64,000 nucleotides of DNA, taken from NCBI RefSeq assembly GCF_009834535.1, contig NC_045697.1, positions 104,782,001 through 104,846,000 of the forward strand, written 5' to 3'. The notes below the pieces were generated by a model. The model searched no databases and was not told the DNA's origin. It worked only from the letters and a program-made list of their open reading frames with translations. A program made the position numbers and the translations under genes. Below, one piece after another: positions 25,432 to 38,479 of the stretch (positions are counted from its first letter, which is position 1; every line of letters begins with the position of its first letter). This stretch comes from Camelus ferus. Taxonomy: Eukaryota.

Positions 25432-25567
25432 GTGATGAGAGTTTACATCAGGTGCTTTTCTATTAGCAGTTAAGAAGGCGCGTTCTCTCTAAATATAAAT
25501 TTATATGTTTATCTATAAGAAGGCGTGTTCTTAATGAGCAGAAAGTTTTTTGTTTTTTTTATCCTAA

Positions 25568-25919
25568 TGTCTTAGCTTGGGTTACTATAACAAAGACATA
25601 GTGGCTCTAACAGCAGACATTCATTTCTCACAGTTTTGGAGGCTGGGAGGTCCAAGATCAAGGTGCCGACAGGTTCATTCCTGGTGAGAACCCTCTTGTG
25701 GCTTGTCCACCTTCTCACTGTGTCCTGATGTGGAGAGAGAAGAGCACACGGGCTCTGGTCGCTTCCTTTTGTGAGGGTACTGATCCCATCAAGGGGCCCT
25801 ACCCTCATGACCTCATCTAGACCTAGTTACCGCGCAAAGGCTCATCTTCCAAATACCATCACTTTGGCGGTTAGGGCTTCACCAGATGAATTTGGGGTAC
25901 ACACAGACCGACTATAACA
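25568..25919 (-). mobile_element. MLT1A-type MaLR solo LTR
   Basis: tgtcttag...catttctcacagttttggaggctgggaggtccaagatcaaggtgcc...ccctcatgacctcatcta...ccaaataccatcac...tataaca. Confidence 0.85.
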
Positions 25920-26279
25920 CACAGTGATACAGTTTTTAAAAATGGGCTGTCTGGTGGAAAGTATGTTTTCAATTGAAGAGGAGACTAGGGTATCAGTAAT
26001 TATTCATACACACAAATACTCAGATTTGATTCAATGCATTTGAAAATATTCAAACATGACTAGATTAATGATTTGACATTTTCCCTACCTGCTTGTCTAG
26101 TTATTGAGCAAATGTTGATTGGAGCATATCTTGTGATTCAGGCCCCGTTCTGGGCTCTAGGCCAAAGGGATGATAAGGCTGTAGTGAGGGGAACTCACAT
26201 CTGGTAGTCGGTTTAAAGTTGTATACAAAGAATATTTTCTTCCAACCTCCTTTCAAATAAATTTTATCAAGGTGCCATC

Positions 26280-28000
26280 TTGTCCTGTTTTTTTCTTTTG
26301 TATGAGATGTTGTCAACATATGTAATATATAGATAATATAATGAATACCTAAGTACTCACATCTGGCTTTGTCAGATCTTAGTTTTCGAAGGAACTATGT
26401 CAGTATATATATTCTTTTAATAGAGATACTGAGGATGGAACCCAGGACCTTGTGCAGGCTGAGCATGCGCTCTGCTATGAGCTATACCCATCCCCCCCAA
26501 TATATATATATTTTTTTGTCATGAGAAACGAATCATCACTGGGAATTGACCCCTGGGTGACCCTCCCTGTCCTGCATCTCTCCTTCCTATTCCAGAAGTA
26601 GCCACTCTCCTGGATTTGGGGAGTATCATCACCATGCATGGTTTTATACTTTTATTACGCATGTATGACCTGATGAGCAATATAGAATGTCACTTAAGAA
26701 ACTTGACGAAAAGGATAGAAAACTATAAATTTTTCTGTACCTGGAGAGAAAAAACAGCCATGAAAATTATTGTTGAGATTTATTTGTTTTTGATCCGTAG
26801 CTCTAGTTCCTTTGTTAAAACTGGTGTGTATGGTATTCCTTTGTACGGTTATTCTACATTACATTGAGTCTGTTCTCCCATTGTCAGATATGTTGGGAAT
26901 GTTTCTGTTCTGTAGATGGCACTGGCATGGACATTTCTCGTCTATGTCTCCTGGTGTGTGTTAGTGAGTCTCTCTGGGGACAAACGTGAGTGTGGAATTG
27001 CTGGGTCAGGCTCATCTCCAGCTTTACCGGATAGGGTCACATTGCTACGTATGCACAGTAGCCGGTTTACGTCCCCCCTTAATATATCTGTGATTTCATT
27101 GATCTGAGTCTTCTCCAATACTTGGTGTCACCGAGCTTTTGCATTTTTGCTGTGGGATGTGAAGTAATCCCTTACCGCTTCTAGCATTAATGCTGTGTTT
27201 CCCTGATTGCGGTGAGGTTGACTATCCTAGCACATGTCTGTTGGCCTTTCAGGCTGCTGCTTCTGTGAATTGGCTGTTCGTATTGTACCTCTTTTTCTTT
27301 ATTGGTGGTGGGACTCAGGCGCAGAGAAGTGGGCCGACTATAATCCTCAATTCATGACACATTATCATCATTGGGCTTTGTAGGACCCTCTTACTTATTT
27401 CTGTTTTTAATACAACGAATACCTGTGAACTCATCAAACTGGTGCACTGCCAGCAATTTACATCTGCCTGTGCTTCTCCGCGTTCCATTCTTATGTCTCT
27501 CCCCTGACTCCCCCCCCCCTTTTTTTTCCATGCTATCCTGAACTTTCTCATCCCTTCTCATCTGCTTCTGTATGTGCTCTTCCCTCTGGGGCTTGCTTTT
27601 CTCATTCCCTGTTATTAGTATGATTTATCCAGGTTGTTCTGTTGGCTTTGGTCCATCCATTTTCACTGCCCTGTAACATCCCCCAGTGTTACCATTTTTC
27701 TGTCATTTCACCTTTGAATAGCATTTGGGTCACTTCCAGTTCCTTTTTTATGAACCACTTTTATGAATATTCATTCATGTGAATCTTGTTGGCTGTGATG
27801 AGGATGGTCTCTTGAATATTATCTGAGACAGGAAATACTGGATTGGATATTCTGATGTTAACTTGGTTAGCTGATGCCAATTTTTTCCCTCAAAGTTGTA
27901 CCATTCATGTTCCTACAATCAATCAATCAGAGCTTCTCAATTTGTAGTTTTTTGGTGAGTAGATGTCTGTTGGTTTGGTGGAATTGGATGGTAAGGTTTG
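26280..28000 (-). mobile_element. Ancient L1M fragments (degraded)
   Basis: gagtgtggaattgctgggtca, tttccctgattgcggtgaggttgactatc...catgtctgttggcc, catttgggtcacttccagtt. Confidence 0.55.
26415..26498 (-). mobile_element. Camelid tRNA-derived SINE (vic-1 type) inside an old L1
   Basis: tactgaggatggaacccaggaccttgtgcaggctgagcatgcgctctgctatgagctataccc; TA-rich flanks on both sides. Confidence 0.8.
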
Positions 28001-29604
28001 GTTTCCTTGTCATGTGTCAGCTGGTGCACAGTGGGTGGAGGACGAACACGCAAGCCTGACCTGCAAACTCCTGGATCCCAGTGTTTGTGAAAAGAACCTG
28101 ATGTTTGCTGATGGCCAAGTGGGCTTAGTTTGTTGGCAGCACCCTGTTCACATGTATTTGATTCCTGCTTTTATGTCAAAAATTACTTTAAATTTACTGG
28201 TTTTGTAGTATATCTCCAGGGAGCTATTATTTAAAATTAAAGTGGGTTGAATTGCTTTGGAGTGTCTGTTCTGTTTTGTTCATTGTGGATGTTCTCCTTG
28301 TGTGTTTTTTAGTTTCAGATTTTGAGCTCCTTTACAGTTGAGTTTCACCTGTGGGAGTCTTGGGAGACCTGGGTCCAAGGTGTATTAAAAATACAGTGTA
28401 GGATTTTTATTTACAGAATACTTAGCAGTGTTGGGTAAACTATAATAAACATCCTTAAGTGCACAGCTGTGATTATTTTTTTAAATGTGGGAAATTCCTA
28501 GAATCTGACAATGAGGAAAAGACATAATTCCAGAACGGCATACTAGGAGTTGAACTTTCAGCAGTCTGAATCAAGATGCTTGGAGTCTATCCACCAGTAT
28601 GGGGAGGAAGGAGGAATTTTTGGGCAAAGAGTTGGAGCTGGGATCTTGTTCCATATCTAGTTAGCCAGGCCCCTCCAACGGCCGGATTTCAGTGAAGGAA
28701 TGGATCAGAAAAGGCCTGCCCAGCAGCACAGAAATCCAAAGAAGTTGGTCCATCCCAGCCTGGGCTCTGAGTAGGTGATATAAGTGTTCTGGTCTCTTCC
28801 TAAAGTTAGAAAGCACAGGCGGTCCCTTACTTCTTAGAGTTCGCATGTTTATACCTCCCAAGTTTTCCAGGAATCACCAAGTCATGGAATTGGCATAAAA
28901 TCCAATGCTGAGTCAGTGATGCCTCCCTCCCAGAAACAAATCCGTGGCTGTTGACATATCTTCTCCCTTAGCAGTAAGCTCCTTGGAATGTGGGAACTGC
29001 ATCCTGTGTACCTTTGTACATCAGTGTGTTTGTGGAATGAGTGAATGAGTGAACACGCGGAAATACATGGGCATTTTTAACATAACCTTCACCTCCAAGG
29101 TGGTAGGTTTTCAACATACTGAAAAATAAAGCCTAGAAGGGATACTATTCTGCAGTTAACATCTTCTGCAGTTTTCAGATCATTCTCACACTCTTAGAAT
29201 CGTCTTCAGATCCCAGAATGGGCAGACATTTATTGAGTGTCTTTGCTGTTCTCTGTGATGTGAAGCTTACAAGAATACGTGTGCTCTGCCTTTAGGGAGA
29301 TACAGGTGTAGGGAGTGGCGAGCTTCAACATAAATTGTTCTGTGCAAAGTGCAAAATAAGTGCTGTCATAAATTTTTTACCTCAGTTGGGATTGCAGAGG
29401 TTGGCAGTGATTCATTTCACCTCAGGGATTTGTTCATTCAGTGAACATTTCACAGCGCTTCTCATGTGGTCAGCGCTGGGAGGATTACAAGAGGACCTGA
29501 TAGTCATTGTACGCAAACATTTTATATGTGGTTAATCTCCACAACATAATTTAATTCTCACCACATCCTCATGAAGAGGATCCTATAATTATCCTCAGTT
29601 GAAA

Positions 29605-29880
29605 TCCTTTTTTATTGAAATTGAGCATATAGAGAGAGTACACTTTCATACGTGTACAACTGGTTGGACTTCCATGAATTGTATACACCATTGTGACCAG
29701 CACCGAGAGAAAGAACATACCAAATGTTACAGACAGTCCAGAAGTCTCCGCATGCCCCCTGGACTTCCAGCAACAAATGTTTCCCCCCGTTTCTGTATTT
29801 TCTGGAAATGGAATCATACAGAATGTGTTCTTCTGTTGTGTTGCTCTTACATGTAGTTGTGGACTGTTCCTTCCCATTGT
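29605..29880 (-). mobile_element. Old L1M 3' end inserted in a MIR
   Basis: ttttttattgaaattgagcatatagagagagtacac...aaatggaatcatacagaatgtgttcttctg. The MIR continues as ccactttacagacgaggaaactgagg at about 29900. Confidence 0.7.
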
Positions 29881-30864
29881 CACCTCATAGTTCCTTAGCC
29901 CCACTTTACAGACGAGGAAACTGAGGTTGAGAGGTCAGAGTAGCGCAAGATCATGCCATTAGTAACGAGCGTATTACAGTGCCACTAAGTGTTTTGTCAA
30001 AACATGATCATTAATGTTCTTACAGTGTTCTGTCATGTAAATAGCATGATTAATTTAACCCTGATTAATTTATCCTTCTGACGTCTACCTGGGTTGTTTC
30101 AAACATGTCATCATTGATACTTTGCCATGACAGAGAAAATCCATTTCAGTCTTCAAAGTATGTTTTTAAGTTTCCAGCCACTTTGCCATCGACAATAATC
30201 AGATCTTCTAACAAAGGATTGATTTCCCCCATGGCTTTCTTTGGGAGGTAGCAGCTGCTAGTCCAGGGTGGCTCTGGTAGTTTTTGTGTAGGTCTACTCG
30301 CCTTTTGAAAGTGCCTTGGAAGAGTGTGCAGTGCCTTTTTTCACTTTTACCCAATTTGTGTCTTCCTACTCTCCTTTTTTTCCTTGAAAACTTATTGGAT
30401 CATCTCAGTTCTGCTGTAGCCCCAAATTACATTCCTTTGCCTGAGGGCTGGCTCTCCCTTTTGCCCGGTGATGGGTCCTTCAGGGAGGTATCCAAGGGTC
30501 AAGAGTCTTCAGAGGACATAGACTTTTGTGTTGTGCTTCACGAAGGGGGCTTCTGAAGTGTGAACTCTTGACAGGTGGGAGCCATGTATGTAGTTGGTGC
30601 TCAGTAAATGTGTGGTGGCCCATTTGAGGACTGCTAGAGCCTTGGGTTTGTATTCTTCTGATTGACCTTTATAATGTCATGATTGATGCTAAGAAGTTAA
30701 TTAAACATGATTAATTTTTTTCAGACTCTTCAAACAAATAGAATATATAACTGGAGCTGTTTATTTAAACTTTTCTATCCTGATAGAGGAGTGATTTAGT
30801 AATGCACTAGAAAATAAGTTTATAATGATTCTGTTGCAATATGAAGTTTCTTATATTTTCTCCA

Positions 30865-32010
30865 TCCTCTGAACATTTACTGAAGCTGTACTTCCTGAGT
30901 GCCGTGCAATAGGCATACAGAGATGCAGGTAATAAACCCTGCCCTCAAGGGATCTGGTGGGAGAGACAGACCCATACATATAATACCTTGTGGTAAAACA
31001 GATCTATATAACTGTGAGCAGGTTTTTGTTTTTTGAACATGGTGGAAGAGGGGACCTCAGCCTAGGGGGTGGAGAGGCTGTCTTGAGGGTCCTCCTGGAA
31101 GAGATGACACCAGAACAGAATCTTAGGGAAAGTGCATAAATTCCTATTCAACCTTCCACCAAATGCTACTTGCTCTCCTTTTCCCCTTATTTCTAGTGGG
31201 AGTACTGAGTATAGTTCCAACATTCTCCGTAGAATTTCTGATATACATTCTTGTCTTTCCCTCACTTCACGTGGCTCTTGTCTCACAGGGTCTTGATTCT
31301 AGCTCTGAAATGACTTTAGAATGTGGTTTCTACTTTCTCTGCCTTTCTGTCCTCTCATTGATACCTCCTTGGTTTGGAAGAACAGGGATGGGAATCAGTC
31401 ACCTGTTGTGTTTTAAGCACCAGACCTGGAGCCTGGTACATGTGGGTTCAAACTTTTGTTGAACCAGAATGAACCACGTGACCTCTAAGTGGTCTTCCTT
31501 TATCTTTTCCTTTTCTTTGATACTATGCAGGGTCCTTAAAGTTAGTCAACTTCTTCTTCTTTTTTTGGTATCATTCCTCTGCTTAAAATTCTTCAGTGAC
31601 TCCTTATTACCCTCAAGATGAAAATCCGGCTTCTTCGCCCAGGTCCCTGCCATCAACCCCAGCCTGCATGAAGGATGCCTCATCTTCCCACTGCCCCATC
31701 ATACCGCATATGAGAGCTGCCTCGAGATCTTTGTCATCTTGTGGCCCCATGTACCCTCTCCTTTTCTGATGCCACTTCTCTGTCGTGTATTAAGATCTAG
31801 CTCAGCTGTGACCACCTCTACGAAACCTTCCTTAGTTTGCCCAGAAAGAGTTAGTCATATTCTCTGCTGAGTTCCCTGAAGTCTGTCCAGTCAGTTCTCT
31901 TGTATTTCTACATTTCACTGCATGTTTTCCTCTGCATTTCTCTCATGATGCCGAGGGCCAGGAACTGCACCTTTGTTTCCTGGTCAGGCCTTTGTTATGT
32001 GTTAGATAAA
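30865..32010. mobile_element. L2 fragments (both orientations)
   Basis: aacatttactga...ccctgccctcaaggga (-) and cattcctctgcttaaaattcttcagtgactcc...cagctgtgaccacctctacgaaaccttcc (+). Confidence 0.55.
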
Positions 32011-32379
32011 TAGGACCTCCCTATAAACACACTCCCTGCCTTCACATCTCTCCAGTTTTGCTTGCCTGGTTTTTTATTATGGACACACCCTTTCACCAGC
32101 TCTATTTCAATGTAGTGCATTATTCAAGGGCCAATTTCTCATCCTTGTCTGAAATTTTCTGTGATGATGGCAACCTCCAAATATTGGCAGCTAGCTCAGA
32201 ACCATCTGTTTGTTAACCCTTGGCTGTGGCCCTTACACAATATCTGCTATTATTATTTGTATTTTTGTTCTGTATGTGTCATTTCTCCCAAGTTACATTA
32301 TAAACTCTGAAATTGGAGGTCAATTTTGAATGTTCTCTGCTGAAAATTAGAATTCCTTGTTTAGTATTCATTTGTTGAT

Positions 32380-33420
32380 TAAAGGCAAATCTGTTAGTGA
32401 CACATTCTTTTAGCTCCCTTTGTCTAAGAATGTCTAGTTTGCCATTCATCCCTGAAGGATACTTTTGCTGGATATAAAATTTGCAGTTGACAGTTTTCTT
32501 CCCCCAGCACTTTAAAAGATGTTATGCTACTTCCTTTAGTCTTCATGGTTTAGATGAGAAGTTCACTGTCATTTAAATTGATGTTCCCCTGCAAAGTGTG
32601 TCTTCCCCCTGGCTGCTTTCAAGACTTTTTGTCTTTAGTTTTCAGAAGTTTAGTTATGATTATGATACTTTACCATTGACCCCACGCTTGGCATGGATTT
32701 CTTTGGGTTTATCTTGATTCAGGAATTTGCTCAGCTTCTTAAATCTTTGTGGCTTTTACTAAATTTGGGAAGTTTTCGGTCATTTCTTTGAATACTCTGG
32801 TAGCCTTACTCTATGTCTCCTGTCCTGCAGTGACTCTGATTATACAGACGTTAGATCTTTTGTTGTTTTCTGGGTCCCCAAGGGTCTGTTCACTTTTTCA
32901 GCCTGTTTCCCCTCTGTTCTTCCAGTTGAGTGAATTCTGTTTGTTTTTTCCTCAAGTTCACTGATTCTGTTCTCTTCCATCTCAGCTCTACTACTGAGTC
33001 CATCAGATGAGGTTTTACTTTTCCTGTGGTATTTCCCAGTTGTATAATTTCTATCTGGTTCTTTTTTGGTATCTTCTGTTTATTTCCTGAGAACTTCTAT
33101 TTTTTCATCTGTTTCAGCAGAACTGGTAGTGGATTGTTGCAGCACTTTTATGACTTTTATGCTTTAGAGTCCTTACCAGGTAATTTCAGCTTCTCTTTTG
33201 TCTTGGAGTGGTCATCAGTTGACTGGTGTTTCTCATTCAAGTTGTGAATGCAGGATACCCTTTGCTGTGCTGTTCCTTGAGCTCTGGAGTCACAGACCAG
33301 TTTACTTCCTTCTTACCACCTTTCAGAGTTCTCCTTTGGTCTCTTTTATTATTGCCAAGGTTTCTAGCACTTAGCAGGAAGGAGTAGGGGAAATAGGTCT
33401 AAGCTGTTTTTGTCCTTAAT
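32380..33420 (-). mobile_element. Ancient L1M fragment (ORF1-side region)
   Basis: ctgaaggatacttttgctggatataaaattt...cagcactttaaaagatgtt...ctggctgctttcaagac...aaatttgggaagttttc. Confidence 0.7.
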
Positions 33421-33519
33421 CATTCATTTTTAAATGTTGGGTTCTTAAAAGCAGTTTAAAAATATCAGTAAAGTTTAGCATTGATTTTCCAGTGTCGGCC
33501 AAATCATATCATTGAGCTG

Positions 33520-33655
33520 TCTTACTTTACAGGTTAGGAAACTTGAGACCCAGTCAGATTAGGTGACCAGTTGCCAGATCCCATTGCTAGTTAATTGCAG
33601 AGTCCAGACAAAATCAAGGCTCTTGGTGAGGAATCCAGTATGTGTTTCACTGTAG
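33520..33655 (-). mobile_element. MIR fragment
   Basis: tttacaggttaggaaacttgagacccag...ttaggtgacc...gctagttaattgcagagtc. Confidence 0.6.
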
Positions 33656-34676
33656 CAAATAAAGTCAGAGTTATCTAGAGGAGAATAGAACCTTGCAGTG
33701 CTGTAGTGTTCTGGGCTTTATGACATTAACACACCTAAGAATTTATACCCTCAATGAGAAACCTATCAGAATACAAGAAGAAAAGAATCTAGTCTTAATA
33801 TCATATTGAGTGAGGTTGAATGACATGCTGTCTATTTGTCCCTATTTTAATACGAATTTTATCATTTTTGATAAAATCTAAAGTAACATACCTTCTGTTT
33901 TTACTAAAAAACATTGGAATAACCTAATAAAATGTTCCTTCTTGCAAAATAAATTTTCTGTCTATTGCTGGTTATCACACCATTCATATTCTACTGCAAA
34001 GAGAGTAAAGAATATGAATATGACCTTGTCCAAACAAATTAATATCATAACTTAGCATTTGATGGGGCTTTTTAATAGGTAATGTGTGCCTTCTACAGAC
34101 TTTAGATGCTTCTCATAGTATTTCCCTAGGAAGAGGTTTCCTGTATGGCAAAGTTGGAGGAATGGAGAAACCCAGATGTTACCTCTTTGGTTGGTTGTAA
34201 TTTTTTTTTTAAGTTTCAAGATTTTACAGGAAATAGGGTCAAAGCTGAACTGATGCCAAAACCCTTAGGAAATCCAAGAGCGGAAGTGTGTTTACTTCTT
34301 CCCCTAAGACATTTTCTGAGACACAGCAAGAACGAGGCACAACAAATAGGATTCAGCACTGGCTCTGTTCAGTGTCATTTGAATAATAGTGACCATAGGG
34401 ACCTGTCGATGGGGTGGCATTGCCTCTCGTCACCTCGTTCACTTGTTCTTCCCTTCCTGCTTTTTTTTTTTTTTTTTTTTTTTTTTTGCTTTTTTTCCCT
34501 TCCTTTTCCCTCCATATGTGGTCTTGCTACAAAGTTAAAATCTCTGATATCTACTGAAGAAGGGACTTAAATATACTGGGCTTTGAAGAATTTTTCCTAT
34601 CACTTGTGATCAGACACTCACATAGGCAATCCATATGCTAAAATCAGTTGTTTGGAATTTGGAGTAAATTTTCATT

Positions 34677-34723
34677 AAAAAATCCCATACAGTATAACAA
34701 TAAAAAAATCCCATACAGTATAA
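34677..34723. repeat. 21-bp direct repeat separated by 5 bp
   Basis: aaaaaatcccatacagtataa at 34677-34697 and 34703-34723. Confidence 0.9.
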
Positions 34724-35711
34724 TGGTTAAAATTTCAAATCCGTCTTCTCTAATCCATGATGCATGTAGTTGAGCTGTGATGCTAAAGGTGAGATAGTAG
34801 TATTTGTGCTAATAATTCACCAGCTGTTGACTGGCTTAGAATCAAAGGATCTTAGCATTGGATAGTACCTTTTTGGACCACTGTTCTGACCTCCCACCCC
34901 TAGCAATGTCTCTGCAATACAAGTAGCAACGATGTCTCGCAAATGCCTGCGATGAGGCAGGCCATGGTAATACAGTTGGCAAGTTCTGCTTTACCCAACC
35001 CAAAGTTGCTCACTTTAGTTTCCTCTCATATTGGCTTTTTAGATCCTGGAGGGTGAGTCTAAGAATTGCTCAATTAATGTTCCTCACAGATCAAAATAGG
35101 AGTTATGATTCTACTCTCCCAATATTTTGTCCTGATTGATGGTGGTTTTGGACTCATCATCCTGATATTTTTCTTGGATGTTCAGTTTTGCCAATGTCCC
35201 TTTAAAATGTGGTCCAAACAAAACTCAGTGTCCCAAAGTCTTCTTACTCATGCATGAAATATTATTTCTTAAAAAAAAAAACGCATAAAAGCAAGCCTGT
35301 AAAGAAATGCCCATTGTGAGTGCTCGGTATAGAAAGGGGCATTGAATCTCGCCCTTCCTTTTCTGTGTCTGTTCCCTCATTGGTAGGGCAGTACCTGCGC
35401 CATCTGTCTTGCAGAGCCGTTACCTGGGTTAGAGACCATGTATGTCAGGGATACAAATTCGGGTGCCTGGGAAGTGGATCTTCAGCCAGCTGGTTAGGAG
35501 TGGGAGCCTTTCAGTCCTGGTACTGTGTGGCCTTTCCTGTGTTACCTCTGGGAACTTGTTTCTCCTTTTCATAGAAGTCTCCAGGTGCCTGGTTTCTGTG
35601 GCTTGGGGCCTCTCCTTGGCTGTCTGGAGGTATGTATTGGATGGTAAACTTCATTCATCAGCTTCTCTTCATTTTTTAAAAAGCTGGTTCTTAGATATGG
35701 TTACCAAAGTA

Positions 35712-35965
35712 GGAAGGGAGGGGTAACTTAGGAGTTTGGGATTAACAGATACACATGGCTATCTATAAAATAGCTAAACAACAAGGACCTACTGTATAGC
35801 ACAGGGAACTACAATCAATTTGTTATAATTAGCTAAAACAGAAAAGAATCTGAAAATAAATCTATCTGCATATACACACACACACACACACACACAATAA
35901 CTGAATCTCTTTGCTGTGCACCTGAAACTAACATTGTAAATCAACTACACTTCATGAAAAAGAAA
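35712..35965 (+). mobile_element. L1 3' tail containing a (CA)n microsatellite
   Basis: ttaggagtttgggattaacagatacac...aacaacaaggacctactgtatagcacagggaacta...attgtaaatcaactacacttca; (CA)n at about 35874-35896. Confidence 0.88.
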
Positions 35966-36869
35966 ACAATTTTTTAAAAGCCTGGGTCTTAGAAAACCAA
36001 AGCAAAGGAATAATCGAGAAGTTAGAGTTAGTGATCTTACTCATACAGTATTACTGATAGAGTAGCTAACAAGCCTGGTAAACTTGATGCTAATGCCGTG
36101 TGCTAATCCAAGAGGCATCTCAGTTTCCCTTGGTACACTTAAAAGAAGCTCATAAGTTTTGTATACATAGAATACTTCCCACTCAGTGAGCCCTTTATTA
36201 TAAGAAGATGTATATTCACTTATAAAATTTATAACTCCACCCAATGAGCCCTTTATTTGTATTTATTCTCCTCAGAACTACCAAGTTTGTCCAGAAGTGT
36301 TTCTGTACCAGGTGATAGCAATTTCCCACCCATCTTCAACTCCCTATGTGAGAGGCCTCTGTTTTCTTTCTCTTCTCTTCTTTTAAAAAATGCTGTTATG
36401 CTTCAATGTACTGATTTTATTCCCATGAAGTCACAGGTGGCACTCTGAACGACACTGCGCTTGGTCCTTGCTGCTCAGTGGGGCCTGTAGACCCAGGCCA
36501 GTCTGCAGCCCATGGGCTCTGATGAGATTTGGAATTGACTTTCTTCATCGAGGAAGACCAGCTGTGAAAAAATGTCAGCCAAACTGAACTGCGTGCTCAG
36601 TGACTCAGTTAATTCACATTCTGCCTGGACTCCTTGTCTCTCAGGGGCCTTGGCAGACAGTTCAGGGGCTGGCGCTGTGAATAGCACTGTCTGCAAGTAT
36701 CACAAAACTTCCTTTGCCATCCAGTTCTTAGTAGAGTGGCTGTCTGGTGTCCAAGCTGCTTGCAGATTTGAAACCAGGTGAGGGGAAGCTGCACTGATAT
36801 GTCAGGTAAACTTAGTAGCCCCAGCACCATTTAGCATGGGAACAAGTAGCTCTGCCAGAGTTTGGGGTG

Positions 36870-37035
36870 AAAAGGTCATGAGTTGGAAATCAGACCTGGG
36901 TTTAATTCTGGTTTTACTGTATGACATCCTCTATGTATTCCTTACCCGTTCCTCTATAAAATGGAGACAATAATGTTTTCCTTGTAGAATGATTCTAAAG
37001 ATTAGTAGTCATTTTTATATAAAATACCCAGCATA
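36870..37035 (+). mobile_element. MIR fragment
   Basis: ttggaaatcagacctgggtttaattctgg...ctataaaatggagacaataat. Confidence 0.6.
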
Positions 37036-38189
37036 ATAGTAGATGCTTATTGTTGTTAGGAAGAATATAAAATGGTAAAGTTCTGAAAAAGAAAAATATT
37101 TAGGGTGATTGGCTGTATTAGGTAATAAAAAGTGTGACATGAGACTGCGGTTTAAAATGTGGCACAAGAAGAGAGACAAAAAGACAGAATAACACAGGGA
37201 TGCCAGGATTAAGTTTTTTTTTTTTTAAATAAAATTTAGGACAATTGGAAATAATTCAGTTTAATTTTCTTCTCAAATGTTCAGGAATATGAAAGGGTGG
37301 GTGCTTTTTCAGCATGCAAATGTCAGAACAAACTTCTTCAAATGAATGGAAAAAATTTGACTGCCTAAAAATAGGCAGAATTCAAAATCACACTCCAAAA
37401 AGGAAGCCACAAAAGTAAAATGGAAAATATTTAAAACAAAATTATTATATCTCAAACTTGGTAGAGTAGAAGACAAAGGCTGTACATTAATGGCAACTTA
37501 TATTATAGAAATACTTGTAATCAAGGAAATAAAAATTACAAATTAGAAAGTACCAAAAAAATCAGTTTTGAAAAAAATTGAGCAAATGGAATGAGGAACT
37601 CTCACTTACTCATTACCTATATCCAGGAATAAGAAGTCATGGTGGAGTGTGGAGATATATTTCAGGCTTGATACGGAGATATCTGTCAGTCAAGTTTGTA
37701 ACTTACAGATCTGATCCTTGGGTTTGTAGGTGCTTACATTCATAAGGCTTCTATTTATATTACGTCTTTGCTTTGTCAATTTGTGGAGGAATGAAATCCA
37801 ATGTTTCCTTTTGGAAGCCTTACATCTCTGATTCAGCCTTTTCTTTCCTTCTATGCTAACTGTCCTTGTGATAAATTGACTTTCTGGGACACAGACTGGT
37901 AAATGTAAGATATTAGCTGATTTCTTGCTAACTGTCCTTTGAACTGGAGCCTGGGAGTTATTAATGAATCAAAAAAAGTTCTTGAGGGTCCATAGCCTTC
38001 CTTTGCTTGTGTGTGTGTATAGTTTTGGTTGAGGGGAGGGGGGATCGATTTAATGTCATTAAATTTAGAGTAACAGAAATTAAAGAATGAACTGGAAAAC
38101 ATGCTTTCAGGGCGTGTGGATCTTCAATCAATACATAGACAATTTCGTATACATCTTAGGGGGGCCTTTCAGTTAAAAACTGATTTGGA

Positions 38190-38330
38190 GGAGGGGAGGG
38201 TATAGCTCAGTGATAGAGTGCATGCTTACCATGCACAAGGTCCTGGGTTCAATTTCCAGTACCTCCATTCAAATAAATAAATAAACCTAATTACCCCCGC
38301 CCCAAAACCACAACAACAAAAGAATTAAAG
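38190..38330 (+). mobile_element. Full-length camelid tRNA-Ala-derived SINE (vic-1 type) with perfect 15-bp TSD
   Basis: ggggagggtatagctcagtgatagagtgcatgcttaccatgcacaaggtcctgggttcaatttccagtacctcca. TSD aaaaactgatttgga at 38175-38189 and 38331-38345. Confidence 0.92.
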
Positions 38331-38479
38331 AAAAACTGATTTGGAATGAAAATCAGTTGAAGTCAGGAACTGTGGATTGCATATACCGCAGCTCCGTGCG
38401 TCTCCTGTGTGTGCAACACATAGTCTGGTCCGAGTGGAGCCCCAGTTATTGCAGCAGTCAGCGGGGAGCCCACCAGAGC

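Noticed and set aside
34835..35240. Possible CR1/L3 remnant
   Set aside because: Only short motif resemblance (ttaaaatgtggtcc...), too degraded to call without a profile search.
37853..37940. 14-bp direct repeat tgctaactgtcctt (similar short pairs near 14887/14917 and 36187/36245)
   Set aside because: Short, with no poly(A) or element between the copies, and compatible with chance or old local duplication.
38190..38270. tRNA-Ala genes (also at 52349, 44935 and 26420)
   Set aside because: A-rich tails, TSDs, disrupted stems and multiple diverged copies show these are tRNA-derived SINEs.
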